The notes beneath the pieces were generated by a model, which did no database searches, was not told the origin of the DNA, and saw only the letters and a program-made list of their open reading frames with translations. The translations under genes were made by a program, and so were the position numbers. From NCBI RefSeq assembly GCF_006345805.1, contig NW_021826201.1:1-38981 (forward strand): a stretch of DNA of 38,981 nt. The letters run 5' to 3'. Below, in pieces: positions 28,431-36,706 of the stretch; the first letter of the stretch is position 1, and each line of letters starts with the position of its first letter. This stretch comes from Octopus sinensis. Taxonomy: Eukaryota.

Positions 28431-28963
28431 AGAAAGAAAGAAAGAAATGCGTTGTATATTTATCGACCTCGGAAAAATGACAAGTTCACACAGGTGGAAT
28501 TTAAACTCACGGCAGTGGAAGTAAGAAAAAAAATCACAAAAGAGTTCTACCCAATCGTCTAACGATTCTGTCAATTTTCCGCCTCAGACAACCCACGACC
28601 GGTTAAATTAAAAAGCAGACAACCACAATAATAGATTCTATCAACAACAATTGACAGTCCCACAACAACGAGCAGATCACAACACAACACGACAGAAATC
28701 TCACAACATTTTAAAACAGAAACTGGAAAGTATATGAAATTATATTTACACATATTCTGGCCAGTGGAGCCAACGTGCTGGTTCTTTATTCACCAATTCT
28801 CTTTTGTCCCATTCAACCTCCTTTTGGTGACGTTTCTCAGCAATTTTTCGTTCTTCTTCTTCTTTTAATTGCTTTAATTTCTCCATTCTGTCTCTTTCTT
28901 GATCTTCTTTCAATGTTTTTCTTTCTTTTATTCGATTACTTTTATTTCCTCCCCTAATATCGT
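737..28963 (-). CDS. DTHD1: Multi-exon gene for a DTHD1-like tandem-ZU5 protein; 3' part (expected UPA-like region and death domain) lies beyond the left edge
   Basis: Exons 28750-28963, 27111-27306, 25491-25625, 16062-16244, 12122-12250, 8691-8964, 5600-5729 and 737-850 join in matching phases with no stop. The product contains GCVIRAQ...[15 protein letters not shown]...[16 protein letters not shown]...SSYDQRISF and AQPVD...SPII...FQKPILVTLPCPP, which match the ZU5 signature (ankyrin AQPVP...SPIVTVE...FHKPITMTIP) and, from memory, the order of blocks in human DTHD1. Orthology is not search-verified. Confidence 0.7.
1035..1202. repeat. (TA)n microsatellite
   Basis: Direct reading. Confidence 0.95.
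1235..1452 (+). mobile_element. tRNA-derived octopus-type SINE
   Basis: Head ggc..cgagctggc.gaa.cgttagc (A box), gttctgagttcaaattcc (B box), body gaggtcgactttgcctttcatcctttcggg shared with other copies. Confidence 0.9.
1510..1716 (-). mobile_element. Older copy of the same SINE family, inverted relative to 1235-1452
   Basis: Reverse complement reads ...ctggcagaatagttagcatgcc...gttctgagttcaaatt...atcctttcaaggtcgat. Confidence 0.8.
2797..3104. repeat. Imperfect (CA)n microsatellite
   Basis: Direct reading. Confidence 0.95.
4686..5090 (-). mobile_element. Two adjacent or nested SINE copies (about 4686-4860, truncated, and 4861-5090)
   Basis: The block tcgaccccgaaagg...gtcgacctc.gcggaatttgaactcagaacgtaac occurs twice; the two copies have different tails. 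Confidence 0.9.
5098..5214. repeat. (GTA)n/(GCA)n microsatellite
   Basis: Direct reading. Confidence 0.95.
5220..5485. mobile_element. Fragment of an abundant unclassified octopus interspersed repeat
   Basis: Blocks ttttgtcttggtataaaagatgggctacagcaaatattctgctca and agccatgtgttgagagg recognised from memory as a common octopus repeat; class unknown. Confidence 0.5.
5600..5729 (-). CDS. DTHD1: Exon (130 nt, phase 1-2): (D)[42 protein letters not shown](K)
   Basis: Acceptor gcgtctttttcacag|AC and donor CCAA|gtaaag; this is the only open frame that also stays open through exon 737-850. Confidence 0.85.
5945..6186 (+). mobile_element. SINE tail fragment followed by the 5' half of a CORE-type SINE
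   Basis: gtggtaag...cttcccaaccacatggtt..ggttcagtcccact..gtggcaccttgggcaa matches 22430-22510. Confidence 0.85.
6692..7959 (-). mobile_element. Full-length (1268 bp) mariner (DD34D) DNA transposon, irritans-like, inactive
   Basis: Identical 29-bp TIRs cgaggggcgttcaataagtaatgcccctg (6692-6720 and 7931-7959), TA duplication on both sides, transposase remnant inside. Confidence 0.97.
6765..7792 (-). pseudogene. Mariner transposase pseudogene
   Basis: Fragments [10 protein letters not shown]...[27 protein letters not shown] (first catalytic D reads N), [24 protein letters not shown]. Frameshift after SGRP, two nonsense codons after HYDP, a 1-nt deletion after DNA, and loss of the HPPYSPD segment. 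Confidence 0.95.
8270..8684. repeat. Compound (CA)/(TA)/(GA)/(GACA)/(GATA)/(GGTA) microsatellite abutting the exon donor
   Basis: Direct reading. Confidence 0.9.
8691..8964 (-). CDS. DTHD1: Exon (274 nt, phase 0-1): [27 protein letters not shown]...[11 protein letters not shown]
   Basis: Strong acceptor tttcttttctcattgtctcag|GTT completes the ZU5 motif FQKPIL|VTLPCPP. The only donor near the exon's 3' end that fits the phase of the next exon is the weak GATG|gttttc, so that boundary is uncertain. Confidence 0.75.
8985..9185. repeat. (GTA)n/(GTG)n microsatellite abutting the exon acceptor
   Basis: Direct reading. Confidence 0.9.
9963..11184 (+). mobile_element. Full-length (1222 bp) Tc1-like transposon, inactive, probably DD36E/Incomer type
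   Basis: About 30-bp imperfect TIRs (ctgggactggacaaaataatggaaacacct; right end reverse-complemented cagaggttggacgaaataatggaaacacct); TA on the left, CA on the right. Confidence 0.93.
10140..11147 (+). pseudogene. Tc1-like transposase pseudogene
   Basis: [18 protein letters not shown]; [25 protein letters not shown]; FQDDN...[15 protein letters not shown]; ...[13 protein letters not shown]; several frameshifts and stops. The 5' coordinate is approximate. Confidence 0.93.
11795..11880 (+). mobile_element. LINE-type 3' tail
   Basis: tggcggtgccccagcatggccacagctcgtgagctgaaactaga followed by (atca)n and an A-rich run; same tail as the LINE at 31480. Confidence 0.7.
12122..12250 (-). CDS. DTHD1: Exon (129 nt, phase 0-0): [43 protein letters not shown]
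   Basis: Acceptor ctttttcttcttctcag|GCC and donor TTG|gtaagt; ZU5 signature. Confidence 0.9.
12420..12630 (+). mobile_element. Penelope-like terminal-repeat remnant with a minimal hammerhead-like motif (12517-12552)
   Basis: cttt-CTGTAGA-A-GAGC-gtag-GCTC-GAAACGTA-aaag; pyrimidine-rich flanks ending in (TA)n. Family assignment is inferred. Confidence 0.5.
12770..13065 (-). mobile_element. tRNA-derived CORE-like SINE (second family)
   Basis: Reverse complement has the tRNA-like head gcttagtggttagggcattcggctcacgatcgtaaggtcatgagttc followed by tgtgtccttgagcaagacacttt. Confidence 0.85.
13961..15152. repeat. About 1.2-kb (TATG)n array with TGTG variants
   Basis: Direct reading; source of the 417-aa and 440-aa spurious ORFs. 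Confidence 0.98.
15779..15829 (+). ncRNA. Type I hammerhead ribozyme-like fold inside a probable Penelope-type remnant (about 15570-15850)
   Basis: Stem I agcttc/gaagct (6 bp), core CTGATGA, stem II t-ttc-tttt-gaa-t, GAAA, stem III A-cag/ctg-T with an 8-nt loop, GTA cleavage triplet (15821-15823). Only the 10.1:11.1 position is mismatched (U-U). Confidence 0.65.
16062..16244 (-). CDS. DTHD1: Exon (183 nt, phase 0-0): [61 protein letters not shown]
   Basis: Acceptor tcttctacacgacag|GAC and donor TCG|gtaaga; junction of the two ZU5 repeats (AVV.RL..D...SS.D.R). Confidence 0.9.
16543..21800. repeat. About 5.3-kb (TACA)n array with dense 1-nt indels
   Basis: Direct reading; opposite orientation to 13961-15152. 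Confidence 0.98.
21801..21926. mobile_element. 126-bp hAT-like MITE at the end of the (TACA)n array
   Basis: TIRs CAGGGACGTG and CACGTGCCTG (9/10), internal inverted tagg(c)a motifs, 8-bp direct repeat atacatac on both sides. Confidence 0.6.
22425..22856 (+). mobile_element. Near full-length CORE-type SINE with internal (TA)n(TG)n
   Basis: tRNA-like head, gtggcaccttgggcaagtgt core, tail ggcggtgctccacatggcc...aaaagaataaaagaata. Confidence 0.92.
24407..24768 (-). mobile_element. Older full-length copy of the same CORE-type SINE
   Basis: cttttacttgtttcagtcat..gactgcagccatgctggagcac, tttgccgaaccgct and cacaaggc blocks. Confidence 0.85.
25317..25356 (-). ncRNA. Minimal hammerhead-like motif, probably inactive
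   Basis: gatg-CTGACGA-gggg-ataacag-ctcc-GAAA-tacaTG-catc; position 17 is G instead of H. Confidence 0.45.
25491..25625 (-). CDS. DTHD1: Exon (135 nt, phase 0-0): [45 protein letters not shown]
   Basis: Acceptor gtttccatttcccag|GAA and donor AAG|gtaaat; ZU5 IAIP and RE..K..W motifs. Confidence 0.9.
26276..26605. repeat. Degenerate minisatellite of about 50 bp, roughly 6-7 units
   Basis: The motif tatacaa.actatta..tagcattaacag......ttaaagt recurs at 26376, 26424, 26474, 26524 and 26574. Confidence 0.7.
27111..27306 (-). CDS. DTHD1: Exon (196 nt, phase 2-0): [65 protein letters not shown]
   Basis: Acceptor tactgtcgtttag|A and donor AAT|gtaagt; ZU5 EELVS motif. Confidence 0.9.
27470..27805 (+). 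mobile_element. Second, 5'-truncated copy of the same R4/Dong-like family (ORF end plus 3' UTR)
   Basis: Aligns by eye with 32445-32760, for example catgtctag.catgcaa, catgcactgactccaaata.tgcacatatac and ggccagaaat/ggcaagaaat. Confidence 0.8.
28450..28585 (-). mobile_element. Degenerate SINE fragment
   Basis: tttatcgacctcggaaa...ggaatttaaactca...ctaacgattctgtca..tccgcct. Confidence 0.55.
28750..28963 (-). CDS. DTHD1: Exon (214 nt, phase 1-2), charged coiled-coil-like: (D)[15 protein letters not shown]...[14 protein letters not shown]...RWLHWPEY(V)
   Basis: 70-codon open frame; donor TATGT|gtaaat fits the phase of exon 27306. The 5' boundary is ambiguous: either ccatcatag|AC at 28963, or a longer UTR-containing exon from the strong acceptor ccgttacag|G at 29161 with a start at the internal ATG (gacagaATGG). 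Confidence 0.65.
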
Positions 28964-29228
28964 CTATGATGGAATAACTTCGCTAAAGTCTTTTCTTTCG
29001 CGTGGTTTGGTATCCACTTCGCATTATTCGTCAGGGGTGGTCATATATCGTTGTATGTCTTTCTACAGATGACACAAACGTCATTCATGATAGTGTCGAA
29101 TGAAATCCAATTGTTAATCAGTCCAAGCAGTGTGTTGGTCTCTAAGGCACCTGGCCAACACCTGTAACGGAAGAAAATTACCAAATAGTTCAAATATATA
29201 TATTATATGTGTGTGTGTGTTTGTGTGT

Positions 29229-29275
29229 TGTGTATTAAATATATGTATATAATATATAATTTATAAGCACGTGCG

Positions 29276-29346
<71 letters not shown>

Positions 29347-29389
29347 AATCAATCTATCTATCTATCTATCTATCTATCTGTCTGTCTAT

Positions 29390-29475
<86 letters not shown>

Positions 29476-29493
29476 TGTATGTATGTATGTATG

Positions 29494-29528
<35 letters not shown>

Positions 29529-29599
29529 TTGTTTGTGTGTGTGTGTGTGGTGTGTGTATTAAATATATGTATATAATATATAATTTATAAGCACGTGCG

Positions 29600-29630
<31 letters not shown>

Positions 29631-29646
29631 AATCAATCTATCTATC

Positions 29647-29693
<47 letters not shown>

Positions 29694-29699
29694 GTCTAT

Positions 29700-29739
<40 letters not shown>

Positions 29740-29767
29740 TATATAATATATATATATATATTATATA

Positions 29768-29803
<36 letters not shown>

Positions 29804-29828
29804 TGTATGTAGTATGTATGTATGTATG

Positions 29829-29862
<34 letters not shown>

Positions 29863-29896
29863 CTATCTATCTATTTGTTTGTGTGTGTGTGTGTGT
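29229..29896. repeat. Tandem duplication (unit about 324 bp) of a compound microsatellite cassette
   Basis: An identical 48-nt spacer at 29229-29276 and 29553-29600 is each followed by the same order of (TCTA)(TC)(TA)(TATG)(TCTA)(TG) blocks. Confidence 0.9.
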
Positions 29897-29901
29897 TTTA
29901 T

Positions 29902-30665
29902 TCATTAGATTGCGGTCATTGTAGAGCACCGCCTTAAAAGGCTTTGGAAGGACGTGTCGATCCCAGTAAATGTTTTTTAAAAACCTGGTACTTATTTTGT
30001 CTGTCTATTTTGCTGAACGTCTAAGTGATGAAGACATAAACAAACTAACAACTATCAACCAGATTCACCTCCAAGGCTTTGATCGACGCGGGGCCATAGT
30101 AAGAGTGGGACTGAACCCAAAACTTTGATGTTGTAAAGTGAATTCCCATGTACGTGACGAAACGAATACATCATTTATAAAAATGTGTGTCTATGTTTGG
30201 TTGCCAGCCTTATATTTATTTCTTTATTGCACACATGGGGTTAAACATAGAGGGGACAAACAAGGACAGACAAAGGGACTAAGTCGATTACATCGACCCC
30301 AGTGCGTAACTGGTACTTATTTAATCGACCCCGAAAGGATGAAAAGCAAAGTCGACCTCGGCGGAATTTGAACTCAGAACGTAACGACAGACAAAATACG
30401 GCTACGCATTTCGCCCGGCGTGCTAACGTTTCTGCCAGCTCGCCGCCTTATGTGTGTATGTCTTTCTGTCTGTGTTTGTCTCCCGCCACCACCGCTTGAC
30501 AACCGGTGTTAGTGTTTAATTCACCGCAACTTAACGGTTCGGCAAGAGATACCGATAAATTAAGTACCGGGTTTCACAAAATATAAGTACTGGGGTCGAT
30601 TCATTCGACTAAACATTCTTCAAGGCTGTGCCCCAACATGGCTGCAGTCTAATGACTGAAAAATA
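29902..30665. mobile_element. SINE cluster: degenerate minus copy (about 29902-30140), and a young minus copy (30217-30450) nested in or abutting a plus copy (to 30665)
   Basis: Each part aligns by eye to the copies at 4861-5090 and 22425-22856. Confidence 0.85.
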
Positions 30666-31079
30666 ATACGTGAAATTATTTGACGCGTGGATCGAAAGTT
30701 CAACGTTTCGGACAGTGTAACTTCATCGAAGAGGGAAGAAAACAGACGTTATAACAACAGTCGTAGAATGAAGTTATAAGGGAAATAGTCGTAGTTTGGA
30801 CCGTGTTCAGGAATACCAATACCACTGCTGCTCTATGCAACACAATGCACAACGTTTTCTTTTTTTTTATACATTTCATAATATTTTTCTTTTTTATATA
30901 CGCGCACGCGCCATAATATTGTGACCGTTGTCGTTGTTATGACAACGCTGTCTGTCGAAATATTCACTTCAGTCTTGAATACCAGTGAGGGTTTAAGCAA
31001 TGAGATAGCTAGACAGAAAGATTGATAAACAAATAAAGGCACATATAGATAAACGTATTAACAGACGTCTGAATAGATA

Positions 31080-31530
31080 AGGAGAGATCTCACGTATTAT
31101 CCAGTGTGCTAAAAAAAACTTCAACTCATTTGAGAACATTTATGCATTTAGTGGGTGCCAAATTTTGGCATTGAAAGCTACACCAATACTGCATAGTGCC
31201 AAAGATCCCAGAAATGCCATCGCGCTTCAGGACCAGTTACTGCAGCAGCCTGGGTTTCAGGGGTCCACAGCTTTTTAATATTCTCCCAAAGAGCATGAGG
31301 AACCTGCACAAAGTAGATGTAGGCGTTTTTAAATCAAAGCTGGACCTCTTCCTGTCAAGAGACCCAGGTGAACCTACCTCACGGCAAGAGGTACAAATGA
31401 GGGTAGCTACATAAAACTCCATTCTTCACTAAGTGCCACATATTGGAAGAAGCTCTCAGTAATAACAGTGTAGCAAAACGGCGGTGCACCAGCATGGCCG
31501 CAGCTATGAACTGAAACTACAGAAAAAAAG
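31080..31530 (+). mobile_element. 5'-truncated CR1-group LINE: end of RT ORF plus 3' UTR
   Basis: Degenerate RDLTY..CLKKLQL, VPNFGIESYTN, SLGFRGPQLFNILPKSMRNL...FKSKLDLFLS..P.EP, then 3' tail ggcggtgcaccagcatggccgcagct...ctgaaact and an A-rich end. Confidence 0.85.
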
Positions 31531-31599
31531 AGAGAAATAAATCTCACAAGATCAGTTAATTTTTCGGAGAATATAGAAAATGTGGCCTGGAAGGGGATC

Positions 31600-32760
31600 T
31601 GGTAATGAACGCATTGGATACGTTTTTGACCTCAGTGAAGCATATTCAACTCAGCACAAAGCAGAGGCCACTAATCCATCCATCCATCCATCCAACCATC
31701 CAACCAGGAATATGCATGAGATGAAAAAGAGACTTATCCTGGTTACAACATTCTCAAATGATATAGGGCTGGAGTGTTCGGTCAGGATAAATGTTCTTGT
31801 AAGATTGTGAAATGAGTGAAAACTATCAACCTGACTAGTAACATTTCTATCAATCTTCTATGAACTGTTTCTGCCATATCTGATGAGAAATGTTACCTAT
31901 GGGTAGATGAAAATATATCTTACGATGGTACCTTTAACAAGGAACGTGTCACTAAAGAAGACAACAGCCGGATAAGAAAAATATGGACCTCGGAACTCTC
32001 TGCATTCAATAAAACAGTGGCTCAAAATGTTTTTGCAGTACCAGTATTCATGTTACTTGATTGGACGCTTGATGAGATCCGAGCCATTGATGTGAAAACT
32101 CGAAAGATATTGACCAGTAAAGATAATTTTCACATCAACAGTGACGTAGACTGCGTCTACCTAAAACGAAAACACAGAAGCAGACGCCTCAATAAAATGT
32201 AAACATAAAATACCAGACATTGTGATTTAGAACAGAGAAGCGAAAGTAGGTACAGGAGTGGAAATCAGTTGGCCAGCGGATGTTGCCATAAAGCTGAAGA
32301 TCAGTGGAAAAGAAAACACCTACGCTAGACTATTGAGAAGTTTACAGTTACTCTACCCGGATTACACGTTCAGATTTATACCCGTAATTACCGGAACATT
32401 AGGATATGTAACAAACTGCTTGAATACCAATCTGAAGAAATTAGGGATTCTCAAAACCAGAAAAGAGAAAGCTAATTAGAAGACTGAAGATACAACCTGT
32501 CACAAGTATTGTCAAAGTATGTAAAACTTTTCAAACGTTTACTATTTCAGTAGCATCCTCACATGTCTAGACATGCAATTAAATGCATGAGAATACATAA
32601 AACAAAACTTACAATTCTGACCATGCACTGACTCCAAATATTGCACATATACACAGAAACATGAGCAAATACTTTGTTGATGTTGAGCCATGGGTCTAGG
32701 TTAGAAACGGACTCTTCTTTCGTTGGCCAGAAATATAGAATAAAATTAAATAATAACATA
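31600..32760 (+). mobile_element. Decayed R4/Dong-clade non-LTR retrotransposon (RT C-terminal part, REL endonuclease end, 3' UTR) with an internal deletion
   Basis: LILVTTFSNDIGLE; RIRKIWTSELSAFNK..AQNVFAVPV; WTLDEIRAIDVKTRKILT...SDVDCVYLKRK; EISWPAD...KENTYARLLRSLQLLYPDYTFRFIPVITGTLG. Ends approximate. Confidence 0.85.
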
Positions 32761-32789
32761 GGATAATAAAAACAGGATAAATTTCTTTC

Positions 32790-32985
32790 CCGAGTCACAC
32801 AGACTCATAGGACCGGTTTCCCGGTTTCCGTGACTCGTATACACCCCACTGGATGGGACGTCGCTCCTTCGGACGACTACTCACTTTTGCCAGCTGAGTG
32901 ACCTGGAGCAACGGGAAATGAATTGCTTTGCTCAAGAACACAACGTATTATGCAATCCAGGAATCCACTAAACCACTCGTTTCCA
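32790..32985 (-). mobile_element. Degenerate SINE related to 12770-13065
   Basis: ctactcacttttgccagctgagtg.acctggagcaac..gaaatgaattgctttgctcaagaacacaac. Confidence 0.75.
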
Positions 32986-32995
32986 CAAACAATAA

Positions 32996-33033
<38 letters not shown>

Positions 33034-33059
33034 TATATATATGTGACCTTTCAATATGT

Positions 33060-33270
33060 GACCTCGTGAGTACCGCTGGCGATTTTCTTTCCTCTGTCTT
33101 CCCTTCTCGGGATCTTTCCTTCTCCTATGTTTCCGACGAAGAGCTCCGCTCGAAACGTTAAACCCTCCTTCTTCCCTTCTTTCCTGAGCGTCCAATAATA
33201 CTATATTTGTTCCTCGTCCTTGCGTTGTTGTGTTTTTTTTTGTGTTTTCTTGTTTGGATTAACTATATAT
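33060..33270 (+). mobile_element. Penelope-like terminal-repeat remnant with a minimal hammerhead-like motif (33129-33163)
   Basis: gttt-CCGACGA-A-GAGC-tcc-GCTC-GAAACGTT-aaac; ends in (TA)n. Confidence 0.5.
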
Positions 33271-34574
33271 ATATATAATATATATCCATTTCTCTCTACA
33301 CACACCCACCCACACACACATACATATGCGCACACATACACAAACAAACTCACACATACATATTTGAAAGTTTATGAGAATTACTTAATACAGTTTTGAA
33401 GTGTGAAAGTAATTTTAAAAAAAAGTGTTGTAAAATCTTTTATTAGGATGTTACTAACCATTTTTGGGAAGAAGTTATTTTCCTAATGTGTGAGAACTTT
33501 CGATTAACCACACAACCCACACACACACACACACACACCACACACACCACACACTGATAGATAGATAGATAGATAGATAGAGATAGATAGATAGATAGAT
33601 ATATAGATAGATAGATATATATATAATATATCGATAGATAGATAGATAGATAGATAGAATAGAGAGATATATAGATAGATATAATAATAGATATAGATAG
33701 ATAGATACATACATACTACATACATACATACATATATACATACATAATACATAGATCACATATACATACATACATACATACATACATACATACCCACACA
33801 CACATAACAACACACACACACACGCCCACAAATATATATATATATATATATATACACATACGCGCACGTGCACACACACACATTATTTAAGAATATATGT
33901 ATATGGGTTTATGTGTGTGTGCGCGCGCATGTGCATGTGTGTTTTAGGTTTGTAAGTATGCATATACATAGGCATATACACATGGCGACACGCATGTGCA
34001 GACACGTCGTACGCCGCCATTCGGTTTGGCATTCGTCCCGACTTGAACGATAACTAACCCCAATGTTCTCTATTTGTTATAACCGATAGGAAATCTGGGA
34101 TAATGCGAACAGCAGTGGTCTCACAGTCACATAAATATATATCATAGTCACACAAATATATACACTCTATTATATATATATATTAGTTATGTATACACAC
34201 AGGTTTGCATATGCATGTAAACAAGTGCACAGTCCCACATACTTATATAACCTACTTCCTTTCCTTTAATGCAAAGCATTATAGAGTTTTAACAACCAAT
34301 TATTAGTACCGCTATGCCAAAGGTATATTATATATACGTACATACACACACACACACTTCAATGTATATATATATAAGCTAATAAACGACAGCTTTAGTC
34401 TTATATCTACAGATAGCCTTATTAATATGGCGATAACAATTAATTTCCAGTAACGCTGCCGTAATCTCTTTTAGAGAGACTTAGTAATTTTAATATTTCT
34501 ATTATATACATATCGTTTTTAGAAAATCATAAATCTGGAGAAGAAGCACACTCTAAGAACTAGAGCAGTTTATA

Positions 34575-34832
34575 TTTTTTCTGGTGAAGGTCGATTCATG
34601 GGTTTACTCTGGGTTTCTGTCCAGAAAGGGATTAACGTTATGGTGTATCTTCATGCCCCAAGACCTGTTGGCCTGTGACAACTTTATGACGTATCTTCAG
34701 ATCCAAAGACCTGTTGGCCTATGATAGGTTATAGGCCAACAGGCTTTGGGTCTGAAGATACGCCGTAAAGTTAATCCCTTTAAGGACGGGAAACCCAGGG
34801 TAACCCCATAAGCCGGCCTTCACCAGAAAAAA
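34575..34832. mobile_element. Foldback MITE-like palindrome
   Basis: Arms ttttttctggtgaagg...aaagggattaac...gtatcttcaga.ccaaag.cctgttggcctat are inverted about cctatgataggttatagg; the left arm carries an internal duplication of about 45 bp. Confidence 0.8.
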
Positions 34833-34864
34833 GAAATATATACATGAAATAGAAGCAGCCGTTA

Positions 34865-35060
34865 GTGTAATAAACGTTATCGAGGGGGATAACACGATTA
34901 CATCGACCCTAATACTCAACTGGTACTTATTGAATCAATTCCGAAGGGATGGAAACCAAAGTTGATCTCGGCGGGATTCGAATTCAGAACGTGAATACGG
35001 ACGAGATGCTGCTAAGCATTTTGCCCGGCGTGCTAACGATTCTGCTAGCTCGCCGCTTTA
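34865..35060 (-). mobile_element. tRNA-derived SINE
   Basis: gcattttgcccggcgtgctaacgattctgctagctcgccgc matches the head of 1235-1452. Confidence 0.88.
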
Positions 35061-35074
35061 TGGTTGTATATTAT

Positions 35075-35474
35075 ACTAGCAGTATCGCCCGGCGTTGCTC
35101 GGGTTTGTAAGGGAAATAACTATATAAGCATTTTTAGAGAGTTATAGCCAAAAAGTAGCAAAAAAATGCATTAAAAATGGAAAAGAAATGATGGTAAATT
35201 TTTTTTAAATCGTTGACTCATCGTAGACATTTTTAGAGAGTTACTTCCCTTATATAAAAGCGAAAAAATGCATTAAAATGGAAAAAATGATGGTAATTTT
35301 TTTTTAAATCGTAGACTCATCGTAGACGCGCGCTAATACCCAGAAGGGCTCGATATGAATCACGACTATAAGATACCCGGTTTTGGTTAAACTGCACCGC
35401 AAAACGTGGGAGTAGTTAGGAATCTAAATCGTAGGAGACAGACAGCACACAACCTCACTTTTATATATAAAGAT
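35075..35474 (+). mobile_element. Non-autonomous rolling-circle (Helitron/Helentron, Lep1/DINE-like) element
   Basis: Begins actagcagtatcgcccggcgttgctcggg and ends ttttatatataaagat; internal tandem duplication of about 100 bp (catttttagagagtta...gactcatcgtagac twice). Confidence 0.75.
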
Positions 35475-35811
35475 TAGTTGCCCGAAGTACATTTGGAGGC
35501 TTGCAGGTTTCTTGTTTCACGTTCACGAGAAAGCTTTTATTATATTAGATTTTAGTTTATTTTATTTCATTTATCATATTTATTTATTTATTTGCGAATT
35601 TGTTAATTTGTAATATATTCTTTTAGCTTCTGGTTTGGTGTGGTGTATTGTGCTGTGTGTGTGTGTTTTTTAACCAAAACCGTAACTCGGTCAAAGAGTC
35701 GAGTTGTGAAGAGACAACTCGGACGAGTAATAAATAAATAAATAAATGGATAAAGAATGAAATAAAGAATAATGGAATAAGAATTTATAAACTTCGAGAG
35801 AACATGAAATA

Positions 35812-36044
35812 ATTCTATTTTGGAACAGTGGATCTCGAAGCAAATAAAGCTTTAAATATTAGCGTCTAAATATAGGCTAAAAAATTGTTTCGATAGAAAA
35901 AGTCGAAGGCCGTCCCATGGGACCAAAGCCTACGTCTGTAAACACTACAGGCCCTCGACGTTTTCTATTCAAGGGGTTTCTTAATATCTACACGCTATTA
36001 TTTATAGCTTATTTACTTCGAGATCCACTGTTCCAAAATAGAAT
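35812..36044. mobile_element. Foldback MITE-like palindrome
   Basis: Arms ttctattt(t)tggaacagtggatctcgaag.aaata..agct...tagcgt.ta.atat...atagaaaa.gtcga.ggcc inverted over about 100 bp. Confidence 0.85.
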
Positions 36045-36089
36045 AATAAAATAACTAAACAGCAATAAGATTAACTAGGAAATATATTT

Positions 36090-36464
36090 AACAAGAGCAC
36101 TGAGAGAGCGCAAACCTCCGCCAAGGTAACACCAACGTCCGCTCAACGATTAGCCAGAGATGGTTTTTTTAAATGAGAATATCTGAAATAAACTCGACTG
36201 TTCTCACAAACAAGAATACTAAAAATGAACCCGACTGCTCTCAAAAATTAAGTAAAAAAAAAAAAAAAACCGAAAACTTATCCAGAATCCTTGTCCGGCA
36301 GCAGATCGATCCCAAAATCTAATCAGTTCGTGTCATTCACGAGGCGAAATATCGCTGAAAGTTTCCTCCGAATCCATCCAGTGGTTCTTGAGATATTTTG
36401 CCCACGGACAAACAAACAAACACGACAGAAAACAATACCTCTGCCTTAGCGAAGGCGGAGGTAA
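36090..36464 (+). mobile_element. Helentron-associated non-autonomous element (HINE-like)
   Basis: 5' subterminal acctccgcc (36114-36122) is the inverse of 3' ggcggaggt; 3' hairpin acctctgcc-ttagcgaa-ggcggaggt; internal (caaa)n. Confidence 0.75.
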
Positions 36465-36706
36465 TAATGAATTTTTAAGTAAGAGATATGTAATAGTATA
36501 CAATGTGTACGTGACAGGAATAGTGTCGTTTGATCCAAGTGGTAAAGTAACTGGATTGTTTTTAGAGATTTACATACAAGATTTTGGGCTTTTGTCATCT
36601 CTGTAAGAACAGTTTCCACGTCAGTTCAACTAGTTCTGTCCTTGTTGGATATGCGTTTTGTGCTATTGTCTGTTTTATATTTAACCACGCAACTAAACCG
36701 CTTCAC

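Noticed and set aside
28964-29161. Upstream ATG...TAG in frame with exon 28963 (MRSGYQTTRKKRL*RSY) as a second edited stop
   Set aside because: Explained more simply by the acceptor at 28963 or by a 5' UTR uORF
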